Shown here: positions 10,970-25,111 of the stretch, piece by piece
How the letters are laid out: each line of letters opens with the position of its first letter
Position numbering within the stretch: position 1 is the first letter of the stretch
NCBI GenBank assembly: GCA_963716745.1
Contig: OY970320.1
Span: forward strand, 416,001-480,000
DNA from: an uncultured Gemmatimonadaceae bacterium
GTDB taxonomy: Bacteria > Gemmatimonadota > Gemmatimonadetes > Gemmatimonadales > Gemmatimonadaceae
DNA length: 64,000 nucleotides
Direction: 5' to 3'
Program-made: the position numbers and the translations under genes
The notes under the pieces: generated by a model
Seen by the model: only the letters and a program-made list of their open reading frames with translations
What the model was told of the DNA's origin: nothing
Database searches by the model: none

Positions 10970-11658
10970 GATTCGGCATCGTCACCTTCCCCGGCTCCAA
11001 CTGCGATTACGATGCGCATCACGCGGTCACGGATGCGCTCGGCGCCGAGGCCGTGTACCTGTGGCACAAGGCGCACGATCTCGAAGGTGTGGACGTCGTG
11101 ATCCTGCCGGGCGGATTCAGCTATGGCGACTACCTGCGTTCGGGCGCGATCGCGCGATTCAGCCCGATCATGAAGGAGGTCATGGAGCACGCGCGGCGCG
11201 GCGGTCCGGTGCTCGGCTTCTGCAACGGATTCCAGATCCTCTGCGAAGCGGGGATGCTGCCCGGTGCGCTGCTGCGCAACGCGTCGCTCAAGTTCGTGGG
11301 AGACACCGTGCGCATCCGCGTGGAGAGCACCGACACCATGTTCACCGGACACTATGAGCGCGGCCAGGTGCTGCGCGTGCCGGTGGCCCACGGCGACGGC
11401 CGCTATACCGCCGACGATGCGACGCTCGATGCGCTCGAGAATGACGGCCGCGTCCTCTTCCGGTACGTGGACGCCGCCGGCCGCACGACCGACGCGGCGA
11501 ACCCCAATGGCTCAATGCGCGCGATCGCCGGGATCGTCAGCGCAGAAGGGAATGTGCTCGGCATGATGCCCCACCCCGAACGCGCCGTCGAGCCGCTGCT
11601 GGGCTCGGGCGATGGTCTCGCTCTCTTTCAATCCCTGCTCGATCGCGTCTCCGCCTGA
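10966..11658 (+). CDS. purQ: FGAM synthase subunit PurQ
   Basis: [28 protein letters not shown]. Confidence 0.97.
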   Translation: MRFGIVTFPGSNCDYDAHHAVTDALGAEAVYLWHKAHDLEGVDVVILPGGFSYGDYLRSGAIARFSPIMKEVMEHARRGGPVLGFCNGFQILCEAGMLPGALLRNASLKFVGDTVRIRVESTDTMFTGHYERGQVLRVPVAHGDGRYTADDATLDALENDGRVLFRYVDAAGRTTDAANPNGSMRAIAGIVSAEGNVLGMMPHPERAVEPLLGSGDGLALFQSLLDRVSA

Positions 11659-11666
11659 CCCCCGAG

Positions 11667-12210
11667 GTGCCTATGCGTCGCCCGCTCGTACTCGCCGCTC
11701 TCTCTGCCTTCGCCGCCACGGCCGCCCTCGCGGCCGGCGCGCAGACGAAGGACAACGTGATCGACCCCGGCATGAGCAAGACCCAGGTGATCGAGCATCT
11801 CGGGCCAGCCGCAGTCGCTCAAGACCTCCGACACGACGCTGTACATGTACTATCGGAACGGCTGCGAGAAGACCTGCGGCATGAACGACGTCGTCGTGCT
11901 CGTGCATGACAAGGTCGTGGACGCGATCTTCCGCGATCCGAACCGGAAGTACACGGGTGAGAGCAGTTCGCCCACGCAGATCAGCGCGGCGGAAGCGCGC
12001 AAGACGGGCGCGGCGATGGCGAAGGGTGGCACCGCGGCGCCGAGGCCGCCCGCACCTCCTCCGGCGAGCGGGAAAGCGGAAGTGATGCCGGCGCCCAAGC
12101 CGCTGCCCGCGCCGCCACCGGCCGCGATGCCGCCGATGGACAGCACGAAGAAGGACACGATGCCGAAACCGAAGGCCGACACGACGGCGCCCAAGCCGCC
12201 GGCGGAATAG
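11667..12210 (+). CDS. Secreted hypothetical protein with BamE/SmpA-like start and Pro-rich tail (apparent frameshift ~11810)
   Basis: Signal peptide, IDPGMSKTQVIEHLGP, CEKTC, low-complexity Pro/Ala/Lys tail. Confidence 0.6.
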
Positions 12211-12213
12211 CGC

Positions 12214-14527
12214 ATGGCGACAGTCCGTCCTCGTCCCGGCGATCCGGCGATCACGCCGGCCCTCGTGGCCGAGCACGGGCTCACGCCTGAGGAATACCAG
12301 CGGCTCGTGGCCATGCTCGGCCGCGAGCCGACGTTCACCGAACTCGGGATCGTGAGCGCGCTCTGGAGCGAGCACTGCTCGTACAAGCACTCGCGGCCCG
12401 TGCTCAAGACGCTGCCGACGAAGGCGCCGTGGGTGCTGCAGGGACCGGGCGAGAACGCCGGCGTCATCTCGATCGGCGACGGCCTCGCGGTCGCGTTCAA
12501 GATCGAGTCGCACAATCACCCGTCGGCGGTCGAGCCGTACCAGGGCGCCGCCACCGGCGTGGGCGGGATCCTGCGCGACGTGTTCACGATGGGCGCGCGC
12601 CCCATCGCCATGCTCGACTCCCTGCGATTCGGCTCGCTGGACTCGGCGCGCGTGCGCTACCTGTTCGCCGGCGTCGTGAAGGGCATCGGCGACTACGGCA
12701 ATTGCGTCGGGCATCCCCACCGTCGCGGGCGAGGTCATGTTCGATCCCGCGTACGAGGGGAATCCGCTCGTGAACGCGATGTGCGTCGGGCTGCTGCACG
12801 AGAGCGATCTCATTCGCGCGAAGGCGGAGGGCGTCGGGAACCCGGTGATCGCGGTCGGCGCGCGCACCGGGCGCGACGGCATCCACGGCGCGTCGTTCGC
12901 CTCCGAGGATCTCTCGGCGTCGAGCGACGCGAAGCGCCCGCGCGTGCAGGTGGGCGATCCGTTCACCGAGAAGCTGCTGCTCGAGGCGAGCCTGGAGCTG
13001 ATCAAGAGCGGACACATCGTGGCGATCCAGGACATGGGCGCCGCGGGACTCACGTCGAGCTCGGCCGAGATGGCGGCGCGCGGCGACGTGGGCGTCACGA
13101 TCGACGTGACGAGAGTGCCGGTGCGCGAGACCGGGATGACGCCGTACGAGATCCTGCTCAGCGAATCGCAGGAGCGCATGCTGGTCGTGGCGAAGCGCGG
13201 CCGCGAGCAGCACGTGCGCGAGATCCTCGCGAAATGGGACCTGGCCGCCGAGGTGATCGGCGAGGTGATCGCCGAGCCGGTGTACCGCGTGACCGAGGGC
13301 GATCGCGTGGTCGCGGAGTTCCCCGGCTCGCGCCTCGTCACGGATTGCCCGGTGTACACGCCCGAGGCGCGGGAGAGCGAGGCGATCATCGCGCTGCGCG
13401 CGCGAAAGGTGCACGAGATCCCCGAGCGCGCCGAGGAGAAGGATCCCGTGTGGACGCTCGAGCGGCTGCTCTCCTCGCCCACTATCGCGAGCAAGCAGTG
13501 GGTCTCCCGGCAGTACGACACGACGGTGCGCACGGCCACCGTGGTGCCGCCCGGCGGCGCCGACGCGGCGGTGATCCGCGTGCGCGGCACCACGAAGGCG
13601 CTCGCGCTCAAGACCGACTGCAACGGCCGCTACGTGCATCTCGACCCGCGCGTGGGCGGCCGGATCGCGGTGGCCGAGGCCGCGCGCAACGTCGCGTGCG
13701 CGGGCGGACGTCCGCGCGCGATCACGAACTGCCTCAACTTCGGCAATCCGACGCGGCCCGAGATCTTCTTCCAGTTCCGCGAAGCGGTTGGCGGCATGGC
13801 CGATGCGTGCCGCGTGCTCGACACGCCGGTCACCGGCGGCAACGTCTCGTTCTACAACGAGAGTCCGAGCGGCGCCGTGTTCCCCACGCCGGTGATCGGC
13901 ATGGTGGGCGTGGTGGAGAAGCTGGAGCACATCACGCGCTCCGCATTCAGCCACGACGGCGACGCGATCATCCTCTTCGGCGAGCCGACGAACGAGATCG
14001 GCGCGAGCGAATACCTATCGCGCGTGCACGGCGTGACCGCCGGCGCGCCGCCGGCGTGCGACCTCGCGCGCGAGCGTGCCGCGATCGATGCGCTGCTCGA
14101 GTCGATCGCGGCCGGCCTGGTGCACAACGCGCACGATTGCTCGGATGGCGGGCTCGCCGTGGCGCTCGCCGAATGCTGCGTGGGCGCCGAGGAGTCGCGG
14201 GCCGGCGCCGACATCGATCTCTCAGCGTGGAGCGCGCTGCCGTTGCGCGCGCTGCTGTTCGGCGAGGCGCAGGCGCGGATCATCGTGGGCAGCGCGGCCC
14301 CCGAGAAAGTGCTCGCGATCGCGGCCAAGCACGGCGTGCCCGCGAAGCGCATCGGCACCGTGCGCGCGTCGTCGCCGTCGCTCGCGATCACCGTGGGCGC
14401 GCGGCGCATCGACGCACCGCTCGCGCGACTCGCGCGGGCGTTCCACGACGCGATCCCGACCATTATGGGCGGTGCTGCGATAGCAGCGCCAGCGACTGAG
14501 ATGCACGCGCACGCGGTGGAGGTCTAA
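12214..14527 (+). CDS. purL: FGAM synthase subunit PurL (apparent frameshift ~12712)
   Basis: [38 protein letters not shown]. Confidence 0.95.
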
Positions 14528-14529
14528 CG

Positions 14530-15913
14530 ATGTGCGGCGTATTCGGAGTCCGCGGCGCTCCCGACGCGAGCAGCCTCGTGCACCTGGGCCTCTACTCGCT
14601 GCAGCACCGCGGCCAGGAATCCGGCGGCATCGTGTCCGTCGGCGACGACGGACGCACCCACGCGCTGCGGCGCATGGGGCTCGTGTCCGAGGGCTTCAGC
14701 CCCGACAAGCTCGCGGAGCTCCCGGGTTCGCTCGCGATCGGCCACACGCGCTACAGCACGGCGGGTTCGAGTTCGCTCGAGAACGCGCAGCCAGTGCTCG
14801 CGCGATTCCGCGACGGCTACATCGCGCTCGCGCACAACGGGAACATCGTGAACGCGGCCGAGCTGCGACGCGAGCTCGAGGAATCCGGCTCCATCTTCTC
14901 CTCCACGATGGATTCGGAGGTGCTGGTGCACCGCATCGCGCGCTCGCGCCGCGAGAAGCCGGAGGAGCGGCTGGCCGATGCGCTCGACGGCGTCGTGGGC
15001 GCCTACTCGCTCGTCATCGCGATGGGCGACGCGCTCATCGCCGCGCGCGATCCGCGCGGCTGGCGCCCGCTCGCGATCGGCAAGCTCAACGACGAAACGG
15101 TGTTCGCCTCGGAGACCTGCGCGCTCGACATCGTCGGCGCCACGCATGTGCGCGATGTGGAGCCGGGAGAGATCGTGGTCGTGGACGCCGCCGGCACGCG
15201 CTCGCTGCGTTTCGCCGAGCGCATCGGCGAGAAGAAGTGCGTGTTCGAGTACGTGTACTTCGCGCGCCCCGACAGCCGGATCTTCGGCGGCGGCTCGGTG
15301 GACCGCGCGCGCCGCGCGCTCGGGCACCAGCTCGGCAAGGAATGCCCCGCCCCGGGCGCCGATCTCGTGTTCGGCGTGCCCGACTCCGCCAACGCCGCCG
15401 CGCTCGGCTATGCGGAGGAGACCGGCATTGCCGCTCGAGCTGGCGCTCATCCGCAATCACTACGTGGGCCGCACCTTCATCCAGCCGACGCAAGCCGGAC
15501 GCGACAGCAAGGTGAAGATCAAGTACAACCCGGTGCGCGAAGTGCTCGAAGGGAAGAGCGTCGTGATGGTGGACGACTCGATCGTGCGCGGCACCACGAC
15601 GCGCGGACTCGTGGCGCTGGTGCGACAGGCCGGCGCGCGCGAGGTGCACATGCGCATCGCGTCGCCGCCCGTCACCGGGCCCTGCTACTACGGCATCGAC
15701 ACGCCGTCGCGCGAGGAACTGATCGCCGCGAACAATTCGCAGGCGCAGATCGCGAAGCACCTCGGCGTCGATTCGCTCGGGTACCTCTCGCTCGACGGCA
15801 TGCTCAGCGCGGCGCCCGGCGGCCCCGAGGGATTCTGCCACGCGTGCTTCTCGGGCGACTACCCGACGCCGCCGCCCTCCGACACCGACAAGCTGCGTCT
15901 CGGCTGCAACTGA
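14530..15913 (+). CDS. purF: Amidophosphoribosyltransferase (apparent frameshift ~15430)
   Basis: MCGVFG, LQHRGQE, GHTRYST, VDDSIVRGTT, CYYGID. Confidence 0.95.
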
Positions 15914-15923
15914 CGCGCCGCGC

Positions 15924-18581
<2,658 letters not shown>

Positions 18582-18585
<4 letters not shown>

Positions 18586-19085
18586 GGCATGTCCCGTAGC
18601 TTCACGGTCGCCGCGATCGCCATGAGCGTGCGGTCGGCGTCACCTTCGTAGGCCGAGAAGAGCACCGCCCCGCTCTGCGCATCCAACGGGATGTGCACGG
18701 CGATCAATCGCTCGGGCGCGCGGCGACCCACGAGACCACTCCCGATCGCACGTTCCACGAAAAGCTGCCGGCCGTCGACGATGAGCGTGTCCGTCCTCCG
18801 CTCTTGTACGGTCAGCAATCCCTCGCGCGTGGCGCGGGTGACAAGCCACGGTAAGTACAGTTGCTTCGCCGGCACACGCTGCAGATACGCCGAGTGGCTG
18901 CTGTCGGCGAATTGCGGACCATCCCCTTCCGGCGGAAGCGTCCAGTAGCTCGACGGGAGCCAGACGACGAGAGAATCCGAGACGATGTGCGCCTTCCATC
19001 CCCAGGGAATCTCGGGGCGGCAGCTCGCGAGCATCGCAATCGCCAGGCAACACGCACTCACCACCGCGGTGTCAGCCCGTCGCAT
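18582..19085 (-). CDS. Hypothetical lipoprotein
   Basis: Hydrophobic N-terminus ending in lipobox-like LASC; overlaps upstream DUF72 gene by 14 bp. Confidence 0.55.
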
Positions 19086-20076
19086 ACGCCCTCCTCACTA
19101 ACGCCGCGATTTCGGCGGCGTTCGTGGTGCCGTAGTTGCCGTAGCAATTGTTCATGAGTACGTGCACGTGTTCTGCCTTCTCCGCCACCGCGAGAATGCG
19201 CGGCGCCCACTCAGCGAGTTCCTGCTCGCTGTACAGGTAGCGGAACCGCTCGACCACCGGGATCCCCTGTTGTTCCCACGCCTCGGCGCGGCGCCCGTGC
19301 ATGCGGATCACCGCGAGGCGTTTGGCGGTCACACCCACGATAGGCGGCACGCTCGACTTGAGACCCTGCGGTTCATCCACCATCACGAAGCTGAGGCCGT
19401 TATCCTCGAGCAGGCGCAACGTCGAGGCCGCCGCCGTGCCCTCGAACCAGCTCGCGTTCCGGAATTCCACCGCGCATGGGAGACCCTCAAGGCGCTCGCC
19501 GGCCTCGGCCAGTTCCGCACGCGCGCGTTCGCTCGGCGTGAACCAGCGCGGGTATTGGAGCATGATCGCGCCGAGCTTTCCGGCGGCGTGGAGTGGCTCC
19601 ACCGCCTCGCGAAAGCGCTGCCAGACTTCCTGGCGCAGTTCGGGCTCGAGGTCCTTCGCGTAGATGCGCGCCTTCTCGCCGACGGCCTTGGGCAGCGCCT
19701 TCTTGAGGTCAGCGGGCAGCCTCTTCACCTCGCTCGGCTGCCCCGTCATGAGCGCATGCGCCTTGATGTCGAACGCGAAGTGAGCGGGCGTGCGCTCGAC
19801 CCACATCTCCGAATTGCGGCGCGAGGGCAGCGCGTAGTAGCTGGAGTCCACCTCCACGACGGGGAACTGGGAGGAGTAGTACCTCAGCCGCGCCTCGGGG
19901 GTGCTCGCCTCGGGGGGATAAAACACTCCCTCCACGAGGAGAGTCGGATCAGTCCAGGAGCACGTGCCGAACCGGACAGTTGATCTACCGATCGTCAGCG
20001 GTCCATCGGCGGCGCCAGCCCTGGTCCCGCGTTCGCCCGCGACTGCGGTACCCGGATCGTGCTGATACTGGGACAT
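19072..20076 (-). CDS. DUF72 (YecE-like) protein
   Basis: GTCSW, VEVDSSYYALP, QYPRWF, VEFRN, RMHGR, YLYS, MNN motifs; start at 20076 chosen from promoter geometry. Confidence 0.9.
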   Translation of the reverse strand: MSQYQHDPGTAVAGERGTRAGAADGPLTIGRSTVRFGTCSWTDPTLLVEGVFYPPEASTPEARLRYYSSQFPVVEVDSSYYALPSRRNSEMWVERTPAHFAFDIKAHALMTGQPSEVKRLPADLKKALPKAVGEKARIYAKDLEPELRQEVWQRFREAVEPLHAAGKLGAIMLQYPRWFTPSERARAELAEAGERLEGLPCAVEFRNASWFEGTAAASTLRLLEDNGLSFVMVDEPQGLKSSVPPIVGVTAKRLAVIRMHGRRAEAWEQQGIPVVERFRYLYSEQELAEWAPRILAVAEKAEHVHVLMNNCYGNYGTTNAAEIAALVRRAYATG

Positions 20077-20081
20077 GGCGG

Positions 20082-20110
20082 ACGGTATCCGGGGGCGATG
20101 CTCCATGCAA
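20082..20110 (-). promoter_or_regulatory. Predicted DUF72 promoter (leaderless geometry)
   Basis: TTGCAT-17 nt-TACCGT, 5 nt before ATG. Confidence 0.55.
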
Positions 20111-20134
20111 GCTCACCTTCACAGCGCACAACAA

Positions 20135-20271
20135 GCATCACGGCCAAATATTTGAACGAATCGAACGGATGGAACGGATGGGACGGAGACCGCGTCGATG
20201 AGATCCATCAATGCGGTCTCCGTCCCATCCGTTCCATCCGTCGCATCCGTTTGAAACGTGAACCGTGATGC
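20135..20271. repeat. Long imperfect palindrome with 9-bp tandem arms
   Basis: (GAACGGATG)n GGACGGAGACCGC ... GCGGTCTCCGTCC (CATCCGTTC)n, outer stem GCATCACGG/CCGTGATGC. Confidence 0.9.
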
Positions 20272-20282
20272 CGGCGATTGCA

Positions 20283-20318
20283 CGATGGGCCGGCCATCCA
20301 AGGATAGCCGGCCCATCG
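20283..20318 (-). terminator. Hairpin downstream of tmRNA
   Basis: CGATGGGCCGGC...GCCGGCCCATCG stem; no clear U-tract. Confidence 0.5.
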
Positions 20319-20330
20319 AGTCCTGCTTCA

Positions 20331-20683
20331 TGGAGGCGCGGGGAATCGAACCCCGGTCCGAGACAAGATCCGCCACAGCTTCTACGTGCGTAGCTCACCA
20401 GTTAAGGTCTCCAGCCGCTGGCCGATGAGCCGCCGACGTCTGGACAAGTCTTCTAAATTTTCGCCGGTCGGCGGAAGACGCACCGCCCGGCTATCCCGAA
20501 TTTTCGATACCCATAAAGCCGCCTCAGGAGGGCTTCCCTATGGGCAGGTGCGGTAACCGAAGTTACGCAGCCAGGGCCAAGTTAGAGTTGGCAGTTGTAG
20601 CGTTTCCCGAGGGTTTTACCAGGACCCGAGAACCTGGGCACGCAACCACAGCCTCACCTACCCCGTCGAAGCCAGTCGCCCCC
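20331..20683 (-). ncRNA. ssrA: tmRNA, tag (A)ANSNLALAA
   Basis: 5' GGGGGCGA, 3' GGTTCGATTCCCCGCGCCTCCA, G3:U pair in acceptor stem, tag frame 20592-20563. Confidence 0.97.
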
Positions 20684-20706
20684 ATTGTGGAAAAGTGAGT
20701 GTAAGA

Positions 20707-20735
20707 ACGATACGCGATCCGAGCATCAAAGTCAA
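20707..20735 (-). promoter_or_regulatory. Predicted ssrA promoter
   Basis: TTGACT-17 nt-TATCGT. Confidence 0.75.
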
Positions 20736-20778
20736 CGTCATGTGAATTAGTACGCGACTTTAACTGACAGTTGTAACT

Positions 20779-22767
20779 CTATGCAGGATTGCTCTTTGAC
20801 GCTGCCACAATCACACGGTCTCGGCCATCGGCCTTCGCCTTGTACAGCGCCTCGTCCGCGGCCTTGAACAGTTTCTCCTGCCCCGTCACCGACTCGGGAT
20901 GGCTCGCCACGCCGAACGACGCCGTCACCTTGATCACCTGGCCGTCGGGCGTGGTCACGCTCGAGCCCTTGATCGCCAGCCGCAGGCGCTCCGCTACATC
21001 CTGCGCGCCCTTCTGTGGCGTGTCGGGCAGCACGATGGCCATCTCCTCGCCGCCGATCCGGGCACAGAGGTCATCGGCGCCGCGGACGCCCTTCATGAGC
21101 ACCTTGGCGACCTCCTTGAGTACGAGGTCGCCCCCGTCGTGTCCGAATTTGTCGTTGATCCCCTTGAACTTGTCGACGTCGAGCAGGATCAATGACGTCC
21201 GCTGTCCCATGCGGTCCGGGGCCGTCAGCAGCTTGGCCATGTACTCATCGAACGCATGCCGGTTGGAGAGCCCGGTGAGTGCGTCGCGGGTGGCCTGGCC
21301 CGTGCGCAGCTCCAACTCCTTCACGCTGTTCACCGCGACGTAGGCGAACTTCGCGAGCAGCTGGAGCATGCTGACTTCGACATGGGAGATCTCACCCTCC
21401 TTCTCCCCTTCGACGACGATGGCACCCACAACGTCCTCTTCCTTGGCGACCGCCACGACCGCCGCCGAGCCCGGCCGCGGCTCCGGTTCGCCCGCGACGA
21501 GCAGCGGCTGCCCCGCGCTGGAGAACACCTCGCGCAGCATCACTCCCTTGGAGGCCTCGCATGCCATGCCGGTGAGCGAATCGCGGCTGGCCGCGTCGGC
21601 GAACGGCCGCTCCTTGGAATTCGGCGGCAGCACCGCCAGCACGACACCCTCCTTGTTCGTGCTGTCCCACTGCACGTAAGCCACACGGCTTCCGCCGGAG
21701 ACCTCTCTCGCGGCGCGGCAGATCTCGCCGGCGAGGTCCTCCATCTTCTGCGGTTTCTGGATGCGTTCGACGGCATCGAGAACGCGATCCGCCTTACCGC
21801 GGTAGCGGCGCGTCTCCTTCCCGTCGTGCAGCAGCAGGAGCAGCTTGGCGAGCTGGTCGGCGTAGAGTGGCAGCAGTTGCTTCGCGCGATCGCGCTGGAA
21901 CATCTGCCGGTCCTCGGCATACACGCCGAGCGCCCCATGAAGCCGCCCTTCGGCGCCGGCCGGGATCGCGAGGAAGTAGTTGAGCTCGTTGTCGTAGTTG
22001 GTCGCCTGGCTGCCGAGGGCGGCGGATAGGACGAGGGTCTCGTTCGGCGGCTTGGTCTCGAGATGGAGCGAGAGCGGCGACTGGACGGCCACCGCATACG
22101 GCCGCACCTGGTCGGTCTCCTCCACGTGCTCCCAGAGCGCGACCTCGTCGGCGGCGAGCGCATCGCGCATGTCACGCAGGAAGCGGCGCACGACGTCGCG
22201 CTCGATGTCGGTGGTGATGGGATCGGTGGTCTCGCCGCCGGCGGGGAGACCGGACGGCGCGCTGGGCCGCGGCGGGGCCGGCGGCGGGATCAGCGGTTCC
22301 ACCGGGAGCCGGAGCTTCGCCAGCTCGGGATTGCTCTTGTAGTTCTTGTGCTCTCCCGTCACGGCGCGCTGCTGGCGCACCGGCGTCTCGCGCGCGCGCA
22401 TCTGCTGCGAGATGCTGGGCGGGCGCTCGCCCGTCTCGGCCGCTCGCGCGGAATCCCGGCGCGCGACCATGCCGGTGGCCATCGCGACCAGCATGAGCGA
22501 GACGATATAGACGAGCAGGTGCAGCGGCATTGGGTGCGGGATCAGCGGATCCGTCATGATCAGCGCCGCGCTCAGTCCGCCGACGAGGATACCGCCGAGG
22601 AGAGGGCCCACCCGCCACGTGAAAGCGGCCGCGAGAATGGCGGCCGCCGTAGCGTAGTACGAACCGACCGCGGTGGCTGCCGCGACCGCCATCGTCGCGG
22701 TGACGAGGAAGGCGATCGAGATGCGCGGAGCAGCGGGGCGTTCGAAGAGCGTGGGGTCGATTCCCAC
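20779..22767 (-). CDS. Membrane-anchored GAF + GGDEF diguanylate cyclase
   Basis: N-terminal TM helices, GAF-like regions, [31 protein letters not shown]. Confidence 0.88.
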   Translation of the reverse strand: MGIDPTLFERPAAPRISIAFLVTATMAVAAATAVGSYYATAAAILAAAFTWRVGPLLGGILVGGLSAALIMTDPLIPHPMPLHLLVYIVSLMLVAMATGMVARRDSARAAETGERPPSISQQMRARETPVRQQRAVTGEHKNYKSNPELAKLRLPVEPLIPPPAPPRPSAPSGLPAGGETTDPITTDIERDVVRRFLRDMRDALAADEVALWEHVEETDQVRPYAVAVQSPLSLHLETKPPNETLVLSAALGSQATNYDNELNYFLAIPAGAEGRLHGALGVYAEDRQMFQRDRAKQLLPLYADQLAKLLLLLHDGKETRRYRGKADRVLDAVERIQKPQKMEDLAGEICRAAREVSGGSRVAYVQWDSTNKEGVVLAVLPPNSKERPFADAASRDSLTGMACEASKGVMLREVFSSAGQPLLVAGEPEPRPGSAAVVAVAKEEDVVGAIVVEGEKEGEISHVEVSMLQLLAKFAYVAVNSVKELELRTGQATRDALTGLSNRHAFDEYMAKLLTAPDRMGQRTSLILLDVDKFKGINDKFGHDGGDLVLKEVAKVLMKGVRGADDLCARIGGEEMAIVLPDTPQKGAQDVAERLRLAIKGSSVTTPDGQVIKVTASFGVASHPESVTGQEKLFKAADEALYKAKADGRDRVIVAASKSNPA

Positions 22768-22776
22768 GGGACGGGG

Positions 22777-23523
22777 TCAGGCGTGGTTGATGCGCGATGC
22801 GGCGCAGGCCGCGCCGAATCCGTTGTCAATGTTGACGACAGTGACTCCGGAGGCGCAACTGTTCAGCATGCCGAGGAGCGCCGCGATCCCGCCGAAGCTC
22901 GCGCCATAGCCGACGCTCGTAGGAACGGCGATCACGGGGGCAGCGACGAGCCCGCCCACGACCGACGCCAGCGCCCCCTCCATGCCCGCCACCACGATCA
23001 CGACCGAGGCCTGCGCGAGGGCGTCGCCCTGCGCGAGCACGCGATGGATACCGGCTACGCCCACGTCGGTGAGGCGCGCGACGGTGTTGCCGAGCGCACA
23101 GGCGGTGACCGCGGCCTCCTCGGCGACCGGGATGTCGCTCGTGCCGGCCGTGATGATGAGCACCGTGCCCCGCCCCGCCGGCGGCGGAGAGTTCGGCGCA
23201 AGGAAGGCGGTGCGCGCGACGTCATTCAATTGCGCGCTCGGAAATCGCTCGGCGATCGCGGGCCGCATCGTCTCGGGAACGCGCGTCGCGAGGAAACCAT
23301 CGCCGTGGTGCGCGATGCGCGCCGCGATCTCCACGACCTGCTCGGCCGTCTTCCCTTCCGCGAAGATCACTTCGGGATAGCCGTTCCTGAGCGCGCGATG
23401 ATGATCGATCGTCGCGAAGGGGAGCGACTCGAGATCGGGCGCGGAGAGATGCTTGAGAGCCGCTTCTGCCGGAACCGTTCCGGCCGCCACCTCGCGCAGC
23501 AGCGCGAGCACCCGCTCGCGCAT
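22777..23523 (-). CDS. larB: LarB/CpmA-family (PurE-like) protein
   Basis: [55 protein letters not shown]. Confidence 0.9.
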   Translation of the reverse strand: MRERVLALLREVAAGTVPAEAALKHLSAPDLESLPFATIDHHRALRNGYPEVIFAEGKTAEQVVEIAARIAHHGDGFLATRVPETMRPAIAERFPSAQLNDVARTAFLAPNSPPPAGRGTVLIITAGTSDIPVAEEAAVTACALGNTVARLTDVGVAGIHRVLAQGDALAQASVVIVVAGMEGALASVVGGLVAAPVIAVPTSVGYGASFGGIAALLGMLNSCASGVTVVNIDNGFGAACAASRINHA

Positions 23524-24533
23524 CACGCGACGGCCGGCTCCGCCTCGCGCTGGTCGCGCTGAGGGATGCGCAGATAGTCGTCGAAGATCCCTTCGACCTC
23601 GGCGAGCGATGTGACCGCGTGCAGCCGCTTGCGCAAGTCGGCGGAACCGGGGAGGCCCTTCACGTACCAGCCGAGGTGCTTCCGGAATTCGATGGCGGCG
23701 CCGCGGGGGTCGGCCTCGTACTCGTCGGCCATGTGCGCGTGCTCGATGGCGACCGCGAAGCGCTCGGCGACCGGCGGCGCGTCGGGCATCGGCTGGCCGC
23801 TGAGCAGCGCGCGCGTCTGCGTGAAGATCCACGGCTGCCCGAAGGAGCCGCGCGCGATCATGACGCCGGCGCAGCCCGTCTCGCGGTGCATGCGCGCGGC
23901 GTCTTGGGCCGTATGGATGTCGCCATTGCCGAGCACGGGGATGTCGAGCGCCTGCACCACGGCGGCGATCTCATCCCAGCGCGCGTTGCCGGTGTACATC
24001 TGCGCGCGCGTGCGAGGGTGCAGCGCGAGCACGCTGGCGCCCGCGTCCTGGCAGCGGAGCGCGATCTCGACGGGATTGCGCATCTCCTCGCTCCAGCCGC
24101 TGCGGATCTTCACCGTGACTGGAAGGTGCGTGGAAGCGCGCACCGCCTTGATCACGCCGGTGACGAGCCCCATGTCCTTGAGGCAGCCCGAGCCGCCGTT
24201 GCGCTTCACGACCTTCTTGACCGGGCAGCCGAAGTTGATGTCGATGAACTCGGGCGCGAAGACGTCCGTGACGAGCGCCGCGGCCTCGCCCATGGCGGCG
24301 GGATCGGCGCCGAAGATCTGGACGCCGATGGGGCGCTCGTCGTTCCCGAAGCGGAGCTTGGAGATCGTAGCCTCGTTCTCGCGGCGGATGCCCTCGGCCG
24401 AGAGGAATTCCGTGACCACCACGTCCGCGCCCCAGCGGCGGCAGAGGCGCCGGAAGGGCGACTCGGAGACGCCGGCCATGGGCGCGAGGTAGAGGGGCAC
24501 CTCGTGGGCGGTCGGGAACGGGAAACGGAGCAT
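23523..24533 (-). CDS. dusB: tRNA-dihydrouridine synthase
   Basis: LAPMAGV, IDINFGCP, VTVKIRSGW, GNGDI, RKHLGWY. Confidence 0.93.
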   Translation of the reverse strand: MLRFPFPTAHEVPLYLAPMAGVSESPFRRLCRRWGADVVVTEFLSAEGIRRENEATISKLRFGNDERPIGVQIFGADPAAMGEAAALVTDVFAPEFIDINFGCPVKKVVKRNGGSGCLKDMGLVTGVIKAVRASTHLPVTVKIRSGWSEEMRNPVEIALRCQDAGASVLALHPRTRAQMYTGNARWDEIAAVVQALDIPVLGNGDIHTAQDAARMHRETGCAGVMIARGSFGQPWIFTQTRALLSGQPMPDAPPVAERFAVAIEHAHMADEYEADPRGAAIEFRKHLGWYVKGLPGSADLRKRLHAVTSLAEVEGIFDDYLRIPQRDQREAEPAVA

Positions 24534-24538
24534 GGTGA

Positions 24539-24567
24539 AGGCTAACGACGCAGGCAAGTCGGTGCAA
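24539..24567 (-). promoter_or_regulatory. Predicted dusB promoter (leaderless geometry)
   Basis: TTGCAC-17 nt-TAGCCT, 5 nt before ATG 24533. Confidence 0.6.
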
Positions 24568-24576
24568 CGCGGTACT

Positions 24577-24605
24577 TTGACTAACGCGGGGGGTGCGCGT
24601 AGGTT
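24577..24605 (+). promoter_or_regulatory. Predicted promoter of PTS IIA gene
   Basis: TTGACT-17 nt-TAGGTT. Confidence 0.65.
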
Positions 24606-24658
24606 AAGCCGTCCGAGCGCGCCTTGCCCCGCTGCCGAGCCCCGAGGAACCCCGACGT

Positions 24659-25111
24659 ATGGAACTGCGCCAATTCTTCGCCGACGATGCGATCAAGCTG
24701 GATCTCGAGGGGACGACGAAGGACGAGATCCTCAAGGAGCTGATCGGACTGCTCAAGCTCGACGATAAGTCGGACGGGATGCTGTTCAAGATGCTGAAGC
24801 GGCGGGAGAATCTCGGATCGACCGGGATAGGGCGCGGGATCGCGATCCCGCACTGCCGTTCGTTGGTGGTGAACAAGCTGCGCGTGGCATTCGGGCGGAA
24901 GGCGGCAGGAGTGGATTTCAAGGCCATCGATGAGAAGCCGGTGCAGTTCTTCTTCCTCATCGTGGCGCCGCCGTTGGAAGTGTCGAACCAATATCTGCCG
25001 GTGCTCGGCAAGATCGCGCAGTTCTCCAAAGAGGCGGATGTGCCGACGCGGCTGCTGGGGCTCACGGAGCCGAAGCAGTTCATCGCGCTGCTTGAAGAGA
25101 AAGGTGTCTAA
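24659..25111 (+). CDS. PTS EIIA (Ntr/fructose-type) protein
   Basis: RRENLGSTGIGRGIAIPH phospho-His motif. Confidence 0.9.
   Translation: MELRQFFADDAIKLDLEGTTKDEILKELIGLLKLDDKSDGMLFKMLKRRENLGSTGIGRGIAIPHCRSLVVNKLRVAFGRKAAGVDFKAIDEKPVQFFFLIVAPPLEVSNQYLPVLGKIAQFSKEADVPTRLLGLTEPKQFIALLEEKGV

Noticed and set aside
20331..20360. tRNA gene
   Set aside because: It is the tRNA-like 3' domain of tmRNA
20119..20398. Small ORFs over the repeat and tmRNA end
   Set aside because: Translations of the 9-bp repeat and RNA gene; no support for coding
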